From a virus (Duplodnaviria; Caudoviricetes): 56,450 bases of DNA. The stretch lies in the IMG/VR virus record IMGVR_UViG_3300050343_000141, positions 1 through 56,450 of that record, one strand, 5' to 3'. Position numbers and translations under genes: made by a program. Shown piece by piece: positions 16,802 to 24,911 of this stretch; positions within the stretch are counted from its first letter, which is position 1; every line of letters begins with the position of its first letter. The notes beneath the pieces were generated by a model. It saw only the letters and a list, made by a program, of their open reading frames with translations, made no database searches and had not been told where the DNA came from.

Positions 16802-16979
16802 GGAATTCGTCGAAATGACTGCCGGGCAGCCTACCGACGGCAACGGTTCACTCATCGATAGAGAAAAGTGGAGCCAACGCGTGCTGTTCAAGATGTACAT
16901 CAACTACGTCGTAGGTAACGACAAGATCCCATCGTGGCACGACTTCCTCAACTTCGAAGAAGAGATGCGGTCGCTATGA
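16782..16979 (+). CDS. Hypothetical protein
   Basis: Start MSNSRAEE after AGGAGG. Confidence 0.6.
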   Translation: MSNSRAEEFVEMTAGQPTDGNGSLIDREKWSQRVLFKMYINYVVGNDKIPSWHDFLNFEEEMRSL

Positions 16980-17062
16980 GCTGGGACAACGAAATGGTTA
17001 TCGCACTCTTGTGTGTATCAATCATCACCCTCGCCTGTCTCGCTATGACAGGACACCTATAA
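16976..17062 (+). CDS. 28-aa hydrophobic peptide
   Basis: ATGA-coupled; MSWDNEMVIALLCVSIITLACLAMTGHL; below the ORF-track cutoff. Confidence 0.45.
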   Translation: MSWDNEMVIALLCVSIITLACLAMTGHL

Positions 17063-17085
17063 CCCTCCAAGAAGGAGCATGAACC

Positions 17086-17514
17086 ATGAACTTAGCAGAA
17101 TTTAAAACCTTCAACTTCACCCGTTCTCCCACCGATCACGTCCAACTTCGTTACAACAACGAGCTTGAGCTGCAGTACTGCGGCGAATCATGCGGCCTAA
17201 TCGTGCCGTGGTTCGTGGAGATCACAGGGCTGATCGACGAAAACGAGCCTGAGTTATCTGGCACTGCAGAACTAATCGAACTCATCGCCAAGTCAATGGA
17301 CGATACCTACGGTCACGGAGGCTTCAATGCGTATCCGTTCACCGGTGACGTCATGTTGTCGGGCGTCTATCGAGCAGACAACGACGAAGATCCACCCCTT
17401 GATCCAATCGTGCAGGCTATCTACGAGAACGTGCACATGTATGTGTACCCGTACGCCATCACTGCATTAGTAGACACCAACAACGGCAATCAGAAGATTG
17501 CGAGGTTCGACTGA
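17086..17514 (+). CDS. Hypothetical protein
   Basis: 142 aa, AAGGAG RBS; C-terminal YVYPYAITAL...ARFD pattern. Confidence 0.7.
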   Translation: MNLAEFKTFNFTRSPTDHVQLRYNNELELQYCGESCGLIVPWFVEITGLIDENEPELSGTAELIELIAKSMDDTYGHGGFNAYPFTGDVMLSGVYRADNDEDPPLDPIVQAIYENVHMYVYPYAITALVDTNNGNQKIARFD

Positions 17515-17523
17515 GGGCCAACT

Positions 17524-17703
17524 ATGAGCAAAGAAGAAGAACCGCAAGTAGGCGTCACGCGCGAGCAGTTCTACGAGTGGCTTGATACATGCCCCATAGG
17601 TAACGAATGGGTTTTAGTAGCAGAAGACGATTACGGGTATTGCCGAGTGGTCTTTTGCTTCGATGAAACAGGAGAGGTCTACTTTAACAATGAAGAAGAT
17701 TAA
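17524..17703 (+). CDS. 59-aa acidic hypothetical protein
   Basis: MSKEEEPQVGVTREQFYEWLDTCP...; fills the gap between neighbours; GAGG RBS. Confidence 0.55.
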   Translation: MSKEEEPQVGVTREQFYEWLDTCPIGNEWVLVAEDDYGYCRVVFCFDETGEVYFNNEED

Positions 17704-17869
17704 CTGCACCAAGTGTGCAGCCCTTATCGACGGTTACGTGCCCTTCCCCGTGGAAGATAGCGACGAGCTGCTGTGCCACAACTGCTGGGACATGCATCAA
17801 GAAGTGCAACAAGACTATTACGAACCATCGGAATCAGACGAGTGGGCCTCGTTCGATCCAGATTGTTAA
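17690..17869 (+). CDS. Small zinc-ribbon protein
   Basis: CTKC...CHNC; ends EPSESDEWASFDPDC. Confidence 0.6.
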   Translation: MKKINCTKCAALIDGYVPFPVEDSDELLCHNCWDMHQEVQQDYYEPSESDEWASFDPDC

Positions 17870-17874
17870 GTATT

Positions 17875-18045
17875 GACGAAGGTGTGTGCATCCTCACCCC
17901 GCGTTTTTCAGTTCCGCGGAATGTCACCGCTTGCTGGCATTACTTACTCAACCTGATCGTATCGCCCTTTTTGCACACCGGCTTTGTCGTTCGCAGATGT
18001 ACGCTCGGAGAAGTCTCATTCAGAAGGAAGGTTGAAAGCAAGCAC
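17875..18045 (+). ncRNA. Candidate structured RNA with long-range/pseudoknot pairings
   Basis: GTGTGCA/TGCACAC stem, two inner hairpins, GCTTGC/GCAAGC and TCAACCT/AGGTTGA distal complementarity. Confidence 0.4.
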
Positions 18046-18070
18046 TAACATGAAACAGGAGACATGAATC

Positions 18071-18979
18071 ATGCAAAGACCCGACGCGCAGATGGTGCGT
18101 GCAGCACTCAAGTTTGAAGGTAATTGTAAGAAAGACATTGAGCACTCCCTGTCGTTACCTTTCATGTATTTCGCCGACCAAGAACACATGGACGTACCGT
18201 GGCTTCAAGACGCAGAAAAGCACAAAGTTGAAAGGCTAGACATTCTTCCAGACGAGTGGATGTTCAACGAGTTTGTCATGATGTTTAAATCAAGAGGCGT
18301 GCTTACAAGGCATGACTTTACTCACGTTACTAGAAATGACAGCCATCCTATATTCAGCAAAATCTTAGAGGAAAAGCCCGAAGCACGTTCATTAGTGTCT
18401 GTATGGTCTTGGGATCAAAAAATAGAAGACAGCGGTCCTTCTAGCTACATCAAAACACTGTGGGAAGTTTATGACGACGAAATAAGATCTAGCCACTGCA
18501 TTGTTGACTTTGACCCTAAGTATTCGCCAATTAATCTAGATTCAATTGATGAAGAAACAGCCACTCAACATCAACGTCTTTGCACCGAATCAATAGGCAC
18601 CTTTATACAAACCGTGCAGGCCATGCATTTATGGCTCAAAAACTCAGACAAGCACCCTGTCGAAGTCACGCCCGTAAAGAAACCCAAGTTGTCACCGCTT
18701 AACAAAGACAAACCTTGGCGTCGTGCTACCGGTCCACGCATCCTGTTCCTCGATCGGATGCCTACGACACAGGCTGAAAGCACAGGTACGCATGCATCAC
18801 CTAAACCACATCGACGACGTGGCCACTGGCGAGAGCTTAGTCATCCACGTTACCGGCATCACCCGCAGTATCAACAGAGGATATGGGTCAAGCCATCGTT
18901 TATTGGTCCAGAACAGACTGTGTACGAGAGCAATTTGTACAGATTAATCAAACCGTTAGACGAGCTTCTTGCTGCCTAA
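18071..18979 (+). CDS. Hypothetical phage protein with a basic His/Arg C-terminal motif
   Basis: HASPKPHRRRGHWR...IWVKPSFIG, a motif common in phage proteins of unknown function. Confidence 0.7.
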   Translation: MQRPDAQMVRAALKFEGNCKKDIEHSLSLPFMYFADQEHMDVPWLQDAEKHKVERLDILPDEWMFNEFVMMFKSRGVLTRHDFTHVTRNDSHPIFSKILEEKPEARSLVSVWSWDQKIEDSGPSSYIKTLWEVYDDEIRSSHCIVDFDPKYSPINLDSIDEETATQHQRLCTESIGTFIQTVQAMHLWLKNSDKHPVEVTPVKKPKLSPLNKDKPWRRATGPRILFLDRMPTTQAESTGTHASPKPHRRRGHWRELSHPRYRHHPQYQQRIWVKPSFIGPEQTVYESNLYRLIKPLDELLAA

Positions 18980-18982
18980 CAC

Positions 18983-18998
18983 TATTAGGAGATTTATA
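18983..18998. promoter_or_regulatory. Palindromic operator candidate (one mismatch) over an RBS
   Basis: TATTAG-GAGA-TTTATA. Confidence 0.4.
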
Positions 18999-19000
18999 TT

Positions 19001-19261
19001 ATGGAAATCATCACCATGGGTGCCATCACTGCACTCGCGTTTCTTATCCTGCTGTACAAGCTAGGTATCTACAAGTTCCTACGCTTCGACAGCGTCACTG
19101 ACCTGCTCGTCACCGCAGCATTAGCGATGCTATTTGCAGGCACCATGTCCGGCATGATGATCGCCGCAACTGCAGGCATCTTCGTGTCACTCGCACTGTT
19201 CGCCATGCGCAAGCTGGGCGGTATCCCACAGTTCTCACTCAAAGAGATTTTTCAGTCATGA
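19001..19261 (+). CDS. Small multi-pass membrane protein
   Basis: 86 aa with three hydrophobic segments. Confidence 0.7.
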   Translation: MEIITMGAITALAFLILLYKLGIYKFLRFDSVTDLLVTAALAMLFAGTMSGMMIAATAGIFVSLALFAMRKLGGIPQFSLKEIFQS

Positions 19262-19416
19262 ACGAAGACGACGTGTACGCAGACCCGGAGTACGTGCCAC
19301 CGACGCACGACGAGCAAGACTGTTTCGACGCGTTCAAAGAGCAGCGTGAACGAGAAAGTCGAGACTTACACGTTGACCCACCTAAATCCTATGAGGAGGC
19401 GACCCATGGAGCATGA
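19258..19416 (+). CDS. 52-aa acidic hypothetical protein
   Basis: ATGA-coupled to the previous gene; MNEDDVYADPEYVPP... Confidence 0.5.
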   Translation: MNEDDVYADPEYVPPTHDEQDCFDAFKEQRERESRDLHVDPPKSYEEATHGA

Positions 19417-19699
19417 ATCAGTGTTGTTCGAACGTATGCAGAACGCCGATAAAAGCGACATAAATGACGCGTCTAAAGAAATAGCAGAGATGTTAAGGAA
19501 ACGTTCGCAAGATACGTACCCTGCCCTGCTTGGCGTCATGCTCAAGACCATCGCTCAGTTTGTCGAAGCTGGGCCAGATAGTAGAGATGCTATCCACACA
19601 GCGTTAATCGGTATCGACGAAGACACGTACGCAAAGATCGACTTTGAGTTTGTGTCTGCAGAAGAACTTTTAGCTCCAAGCAGCGAGGCACTTCATTAA
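19406..19699 (+). CDS. Hypothetical protein
   Basis: Start MEHES after GAGGAGG. Confidence 0.6.
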   Translation: MEHESVLFERMQNADKSDINDASKEIAEMLRKRSQDTYPALLGVMLKTIAQFVEAGPDSRDAIHTALIGIDEDTYAKIDFEFVSAEELLAPSSEALH

Positions 19700-19717
19700 C
19701 GAACCCCCGCCGCCAAA

Positions 19718-19748
19718 CTGTCCTGAGTATGACAGCCAAAACTACTCA
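19718..19748 (+). ncRNA. Candidate H-type pseudoknot upstream of the AAA gene
   Basis: Stem 1 CTGTC/GACAG, stem 2 TGAGTA/TACTCA, A-rich connector. Confidence 0.5.
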
Positions 19749-19779
19749 TCCCTAATTAACTAAACAGGAATCATGAATC

Positions 19780-20778
19780 ATGAGATCTATACGACCACGC
19801 GACTTAATGCTTGAACTCAAAGCCAACGCCCTTGCTGGAGAAAACAGCATGATCTGGGGATCACCCGGTATCGGCAAATCCGAAATTGTCTACCAACTTG
19901 CTCAAGCGTTAGGCGCTGACTTGTACGAGTTACGTGCCAACTTGTTCGATCCCGTCGACGTACGTGGCGGACTCAAAGTAGTCGAGCAGGAAAACGGTAC
20001 GTTCAAAACATGCTACGGCATCCCCGAAGACTATCCACCATCAGAAACCATGAAGCCTGTTGTGTTCTTCATCGACGAACTCACAACTGCATCCAAGGCA
20101 ACGCAAGCAGCGCTACTGCAGTTACTGCTCAACCGACGCATCGGTACGTACAAGCTACCCGCTAATACCGTTATCGTCGCTGCAGGTAACCGTGCTCGTG
20201 ACAGAGCAGCCGTGCACGAGATGCCAATGCCTGTCAAAGATCGTTTCGACCACTTCACTCTTGAACCTAACGCCGACGACTTCTGTGCGCACGCACTGCA
20301 AAACGACGTCGACCCTTCGATCGTGGGTTTCATACGTTACAGACCGCAGTTGCTCAACGATCCAGATGCAGCCAACAACGCATTCCCGACACCTCGTTCG
20401 TGGACACGCCTCAGTAACAAGCTGCCCCACATGCAGGACGAGTTCTACGGTGTTGCATCCAAGGTCGGTGACGGTGCTGCAGGCGAGTACTTAGCGTTCC
20501 GCAAGATGTTTCATCAGTTGCCTGACATCGACAAAGTCATCGCTAATCCCGGCACAGTGTCAGTTCCACTAGAGCCTAGCCAGATCTACGCCGTTGCCAG
20601 TGCGTTAGCAGCGCGGGCCGACGCGACGACAGTCAAGCCAATACTCAAGTACCTGCGCAGACTTGCACCTGAGTACCAAGTAGTAGCCGTGCGAGACATC
20701 ATCGGCAAAGACAAGTCGCTTATCACTAACACCGAGGTCCAATCATGGATCACGGATAACTCATCAGTCGTGCTTTAA
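19780..20778 (+). CDS. MoxR-like AAA+ ATPase
   Basis: Walker A GSPGIGKS, Walker B FFIDE, sensor I AAGN, Arg finger DRF, FPTPRSW. Confidence 0.9.
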   Translation: MRSIRPRDLMLELKANALAGENSMIWGSPGIGKSEIVYQLAQALGADLYELRANLFDPVDVRGGLKVVEQENGTFKTCYGIPEDYPPSETMKPVVFFIDELTTASKATQAALLQLLLNRRIGTYKLPANTVIVAAGNRARDRAAVHEMPMPVKDRFDHFTLEPNADDFCAHALQNDVDPSIVGFIRYRPQLLNDPDAANNAFPTPRSWTRLSNKLPHMQDEFYGVASKVGDGAAGEYLAFRKMFHQLPDIDKVIANPGTVSVPLEPSQIYAVASALAARADATTVKPILKYLRRLAPEYQVVAVRDIIGKDKSLITNTEVQSWITDNSSVVL

Positions 20779-20789
20779 GGAGATACATC

Positions 20790-21497
20790 ATGGGTACAGT
20801 TCGTTTAACAGACAAAAGAAAAAGTGAGTACAGGGACAAGGCTAAAGAGTTGTTTGTTGTATCTAATCCAAATCCTGAGTTTACTCCCGAAGAAACCATT
20901 TCGATCATGCAGGCTATGGCTAACCACCCATTCCAAGTTGCCTGCCGTAACTTCGTAATGGAGCAAAACGCGCTCTACAACGTCGACGACAGTGACGAGG
21001 ACTCAAAACTACCGTTCAACTTCTCAATGGAGAAAACTAAATTCGATCAAATTGAATGCAGAGTAACCGAAGACGACAACCAAACCATAGCGTGTAAGTT
21101 ACCGACTACGCTTGTGATGTTTGGTGAGTCAGGATGGCGTTACAGTTCACACAAACGTGCGATGGACTTCATACCTGATAAGTTCTTTTCTAACCCAAAA
21201 GATATTCTCATTATGCAAGCGGCTATACGTCGCGTAAATTCCGAACGTAAAGACCAATCACATAAGTTCGACACCTACATATCTAACGTTAAAGCAGCAC
21301 TTACAAACTGCAACACACTAGGTCAGCTAATCAAACTGTGGCCTGCCGCTTCCAAATTAGCCAGTTCAGAAGACCTGTCTCAGTTGCACAAAAAAGAAAC
21401 ACGTACACAACAAGCTAATCGTGTGCGCGAAGAAATCGACCTCGACGTGTCTGCCCTCAATTCAACCGTACTGACTGCTAGCTTACTAGGAGATTAA
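20790..21497 (+). CDS. Nmad5-like protein (nucleotide-modification-associated domain 5)
   Basis: N-terminal VRLT..K and C-terminal ALTNCNTLGQLIKLWPA match the Nmad5 pattern as recalled. Confidence 0.55.
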   Translation: MGTVRLTDKRKSEYRDKAKELFVVSNPNPEFTPEETISIMQAMANHPFQVACRNFVMEQNALYNVDDSDEDSKLPFNFSMEKTKFDQIECRVTEDDNQTIACKLPTTLVMFGESGWRYSSHKRAMDFIPDKFFSNPKDILIMQAAIRRVNSERKDQSHKFDTYISNVKAALTNCNTLGQLIKLWPAASKLASSEDLSQLHKKETRTQQANRVREEIDLDVSALNSTVLTASLLGD

Positions 21498-21499
21498 CT

Positions 21500-22639
21500 A
21501 TGCCACGGGGCCAAATAACAGACGACGAACGTACTTTAGCTGAAGCAGCAATGACTAAAGCTCGTTCCAACTTAATCATGAACCATCCGTTCTACGGTGT
21601 GCTGGCGCTCAAGCTCAAGCTTATTAACGACGACGACACGCCAACTGCATCCGTCGACGGTGTAAACCTGCGCTACAACAGTCGGTTCATCAACAAACAA
21701 AGTGCAGTCCAAGTGCAAGGCTTGGTCGCTCACGAAGTTATGCACTGTGTGTTCAGCCACATGACCCGCCGTGAGGAACGTGATCCCATGCGCTGGAACA
21801 TTGCTGCCGACCACGCCATCAACCTGCTACTGCTAGATGATGGTTTCATTCTGCCTGACGAGGGTATCCACGACCCGCAGTACAAAGATATGTCCACCGA
21901 GGCTATCTACGCCAACCTGCCTGCAGATGCTGGACCGCAATGTAAGTGGGGTATCGTCTTAGATGCATCCAACGACGACAGCGACGACACAACTGCCAAC
22001 GTGCAGGAGATAGAAACTGATTGGTTGATAACCATGAAGCAGGCAGCAGAGATCGCGAAGCAGGCGGGTAAGATGCCAGCCGGTATCGAGCGACTCATGG
22101 ACAACGTCGAACGTGGCCAGATCGACTTCCGTGACCATCTGTGGCCGTTCTTTCAAGCATCCAACAACGACGATTACAACTGGAAGCGTCCGCACCGTGC
22201 CTACATCAGCGAAGACGAGTACTTCCCATCGTTGTACAGCGAGGCACCGGGTACATACGTCGTTGCAATCGACACCAGTGGCTCTACCCAAGACCAATTA
22301 CAAAAATTTCTATCCGAGATCTGTTCTATTCACGCAGACATGCAGCCAGAACAACTGATCCTTATCCACTGTGACGCAACTGTTCAAAAAGTAGTCACCA
22401 TCGAACCAGACGAAACCATGACCCTAGAGGAACACGGGACAATGGTTGGCGGCGGGGGTACACGTTTCGAACCTGTCTTTGAGTACATCAACGAGCACAA
22501 CATCGACCCAGAATGTGTCGTGTACCTCACCGACGGCGAGTGCGATTGGCCATCAGACGTGCCGCATTATCCTGTGCTGTGGGTCATCACCAACAAAAAT
22601 ATGAAGGCCGAATGGGGTAACTCCACTTATTTGACTTGA
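21500..22639 (+). CDS. DUF2201-type metallopeptidase-like + VWA domain protein
   Basis: HExxH (AHEVMH), WNIAADHAIN; MIDAS DTSGS, GGGGT, YLTDG. Confidence 0.9.
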   Translation: MPRGQITDDERTLAEAAMTKARSNLIMNHPFYGVLALKLKLINDDDTPTASVDGVNLRYNSRFINKQSAVQVQGLVAHEVMHCVFSHMTRREERDPMRWNIAADHAINLLLLDDGFILPDEGIHDPQYKDMSTEAIYANLPADAGPQCKWGIVLDASNDDSDDTTANVQEIETDWLITMKQAAEIAKQAGKMPAGIERLMDNVERGQIDFRDHLWPFFQASNNDDYNWKRPHRAYISEDEYFPSLYSEAPGTYVVAIDTSGSTQDQLQKFLSEICSIHADMQPEQLILIHCDATVQKVVTIEPDETMTLEEHGTMVGGGGTRFEPVFEYINEHNIDPECVVYLTDGECDWPSDVPHYPVLWVITNKNMKAEWGNSTYLT

Positions 22640-22646
22640 GTTTTAA

Positions 22647-22662
22647 TATTAGGAGATTGATA
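22647..22662. promoter_or_regulatory. Palindromic operator candidate over the RBS at the start of the replication cluster
   Basis: TATTAG-GAGA-TTGATA. Confidence 0.5.
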
Positions 22663-22896
22663 ATGAATGCAAGCGAGTATCTTCAAGAAGAAGCATCTCT
22701 CGATTCTTTGATTGCCCAAGACTACCGTAGTAAAGACCTCTACCGTTACGTCGCAGTGTGGCTCTACAGCCGCAACCGAGAGCAATTCGAAGAAGTAGCC
22801 AGCGAGTATTTTCACCAAGAAGGTGTCATCAACGTTATGAAAACAGCCATCGACAGTACTAATCAGTTCGAAGCCACACTAAAGGATCTGTTGTGA
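22663..22896 (+). CDS. Hypothetical protein
   Basis: Start MNASEY after AGGAG; GTGA overlap with the polymerase. Confidence 0.65.
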   Translation: MNASEYLQEEASLDSLIAQDYRSKDLYRYVAVWLYSRNREQFEEVASEYFHQEGVINVMKTAIDSTNQFEATLKDLL

Positions 22897-24707
22897 AGAA
22901 GCTGTTTCTCGATTTTGAGACATTCTTTTCCGTCGCCTGTTCGTTGCGCAAGCTATCGACTACTCAGTACATCCGTCACCCCGAGTTCCTAGTCTGGGGT
23001 GTAGGTGTGCAGTGGGAAGACGAGGAGCATGCGACATGGGTCACGGGTAGCGACTGTGAGTCATACCTAGACAACATCGATTGGGATAACACCGCGCTGG
23101 TGTGCCACAACTCACTCTTCGACGCCCAAGTGCTGCGCTTAGTCTACGGACACGTTGCCGCATACAACTACTGCACTGCTTCTATGAGTCGTGGTGTATG
23201 GCCGACGAGTTCAGCATCACTCAAAAATACTGCAGAACGCTGCTTCCCCGGTGACGACACAATGCGAAAAGGGGAAGAGCTGGTACAAGCCAAGGGAATC
23301 AGTGACTTACCGCCCGACATAGAGGAGTCAATTGCTGGCTACTGCAAACAGGACGTAGCGCTTACCAAGGCTATCTTCGACAAGATCTACCCGCACTTCC
23401 CAGAACCTGAGTTCAACTTAATCGACATGACCATTCGCATGGCCGTCGAGCCATCACTGGCGCTCGATCGCGAACGACTGCAGTCACACCTCGATGAGAT
23501 TACTGCGAAGAATCAACAGGTTATAGCAGACAGCGGTACGACTCGCGAAGTACTGGCCAGCAACGACAAGTTCACAGCTCACATTGAGAGCATGAACATC
23601 GTTGTGCCAACCAAGGTCAGCCCCAACACAGGGAAAACAATCTCTGCGTTCGGCAAGGCAGACAAAGGCTGGCAGCAGCTACGTGCCAAGTACCCAGAAC
23701 ATGAGAACTTATGGTCGGCCCGCATCACTGCTAAGTCTCGCATCGACGAGACTCGTGCGCAGGCGTTCCTTGACGCTGCTGACCCAGACACAGATCTATT
23801 ACCCGTGCCGCTCCGTTACTACGGTGCGCACACAGGACGATTCTCCGGCACCGACGGATTGAATCTACAGAATCTACCCCGTGGCTCTGAGCTACGTAAG
23901 GCTTTGCGAGCGCCCCACGACCAAAGTCTTGTGTACGTAGCCGACTTGAGCAACATCGAGAGCAGAATGCTGGCATGGCTGGCAAATGAAGATGAGCTAC
24001 TTCATAGCTATCGACACGGGGTAGACCTATATTGCGAGTTCGCGTCGCAGATCTACAACCGAGAGATAACCAAAGCAGACGCTACCGAACGGTTCGTCGG
24101 CAAGACCTGCATCCTCGGTCTCGGTTACGGCGTTGGCCATAAAAAGCTAAGAGAAACATTAGCTTCCGGTTCCCAAGGCCCAGTTGTTGAGTTATCAGAC
24201 AGCGAAGCACGCGGCATCGTTCAGTTGTATCGCAACATGTACTGGCGCATACCGGCACTGTGGTCGCAGCTAGAAAATCTTACTGCATCAATGGTGTCGC
24301 ACAGTCACGAACCAACGCCATACAGTTGCTTAATGTTTCAAAATCAATCAGTTAAGTTGCCAAACGAGTTGGCGCTACGCTACCCCAACCTACACATGAG
24401 ACAGGGACAGCTAGCGTACGAGACATCGAAAGGCACCGAGTACACCTACGGCGGACGACTCACAGAAAATATCGTGCAGGCGCTGAGTAGAATCATAATC
24501 ACGGACGCGATGTTACTCATCGAGCAAGAAATACCCGACGCTCGGGTGGCGCTAACCGTCCACGATGAAGTAGTAGTTGTAGCTCCGGCTATTAGTCCCG
24601 GTTATACTCTCGACAGCATCATTGAGATCTTATGCCGGAACCCAGAATGGGCAAAAGAACTTCCGCTCGCTGCTGAAGGCGGCTATGCCGACAACTACTC
24701 GAAATAA
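22893..24707 (+). CDS. polA: DNA polymerase family A with 3'-5' exonuclease (Leu762 type)
   Basis: Exo I LDFET, Exo II HNSLFD, Exo III YCKQD; TGRFS, NLQNLP; motif A ADLSNIESR, motif B RFVGKTCILGLGYG, motif C TVHDE. Confidence 0.95.
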   Translation: MKKLFLDFETFFSVACSLRKLSTTQYIRHPEFLVWGVGVQWEDEEHATWVTGSDCESYLDNIDWDNTALVCHNSLFDAQVLRLVYGHVAAYNYCTASMSRGVWPTSSASLKNTAERCFPGDDTMRKGEELVQAKGISDLPPDIEESIAGYCKQDVALTKAIFDKIYPHFPEPEFNLIDMTIRMAVEPSLALDRERLQSHLDEITAKNQQVIADSGTTREVLASNDKFTAHIESMNIVVPTKVSPNTGKTISAFGKADKGWQQLRAKYPEHENLWSARITAKSRIDETRAQAFLDAADPDTDLLPVPLRYYGAHTGRFSGTDGLNLQNLPRGSELRKALRAPHDQSLVYVADLSNIESRMLAWLANEDELLHSYRHGVDLYCEFASQIYNREITKADATERFVGKTCILGLGYGVGHKKLRETLASGSQGPVVELSDSEARGIVQLYRNMYWRIPALWSQLENLTASMVSHSHEPTPYSCLMFQNQSVKLPNELALRYPNLHMRQGQLAYETSKGTEYTYGGRLTENIVQALSRIIITDAMLLIEQEIPDARVALTVHDEVVVVAPAISPGYTLDSIIEILCRNPEWAKELPLAAEGGYADNYSK

Positions 24708-24712
24708 GGACT

Positions 24713-24898
24713 ATGTCCAGACTAGTGATTACAAGGAAAGTAGGAGAAAAAATTACTCTGAAATCAGAGGGTCAAACAGTCGCTGACATATCCGTTGGGA
24801 AGGTAGATCGAAACCAAGTTCGAGTCGTCGTTGAAGCCGACGCTGCAGTAGAGATCATTTGGGACGACCCACCTAAAAAGGATAAACATAAAGATTAG
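24713..24898 (+). CDS. csrA: CsrA/RsmA-like RNA-binding protein (divergent)
   Basis: LVITRKVGEKITL...VGKVDRNQVRVVVEA...V.I aligns with CsrA LILTRRVGE...VLGVKGNQVRIGVNAP.EV.V. Confidence 0.8.
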   Translation: MSRLVITRKVGEKITLKSEGQTVADISVGKVDRNQVRVVVEADAAVEIIWDDPPKKDKHKD

Positions 24899-24911
24899 GG
24901 GCAACTAATTT

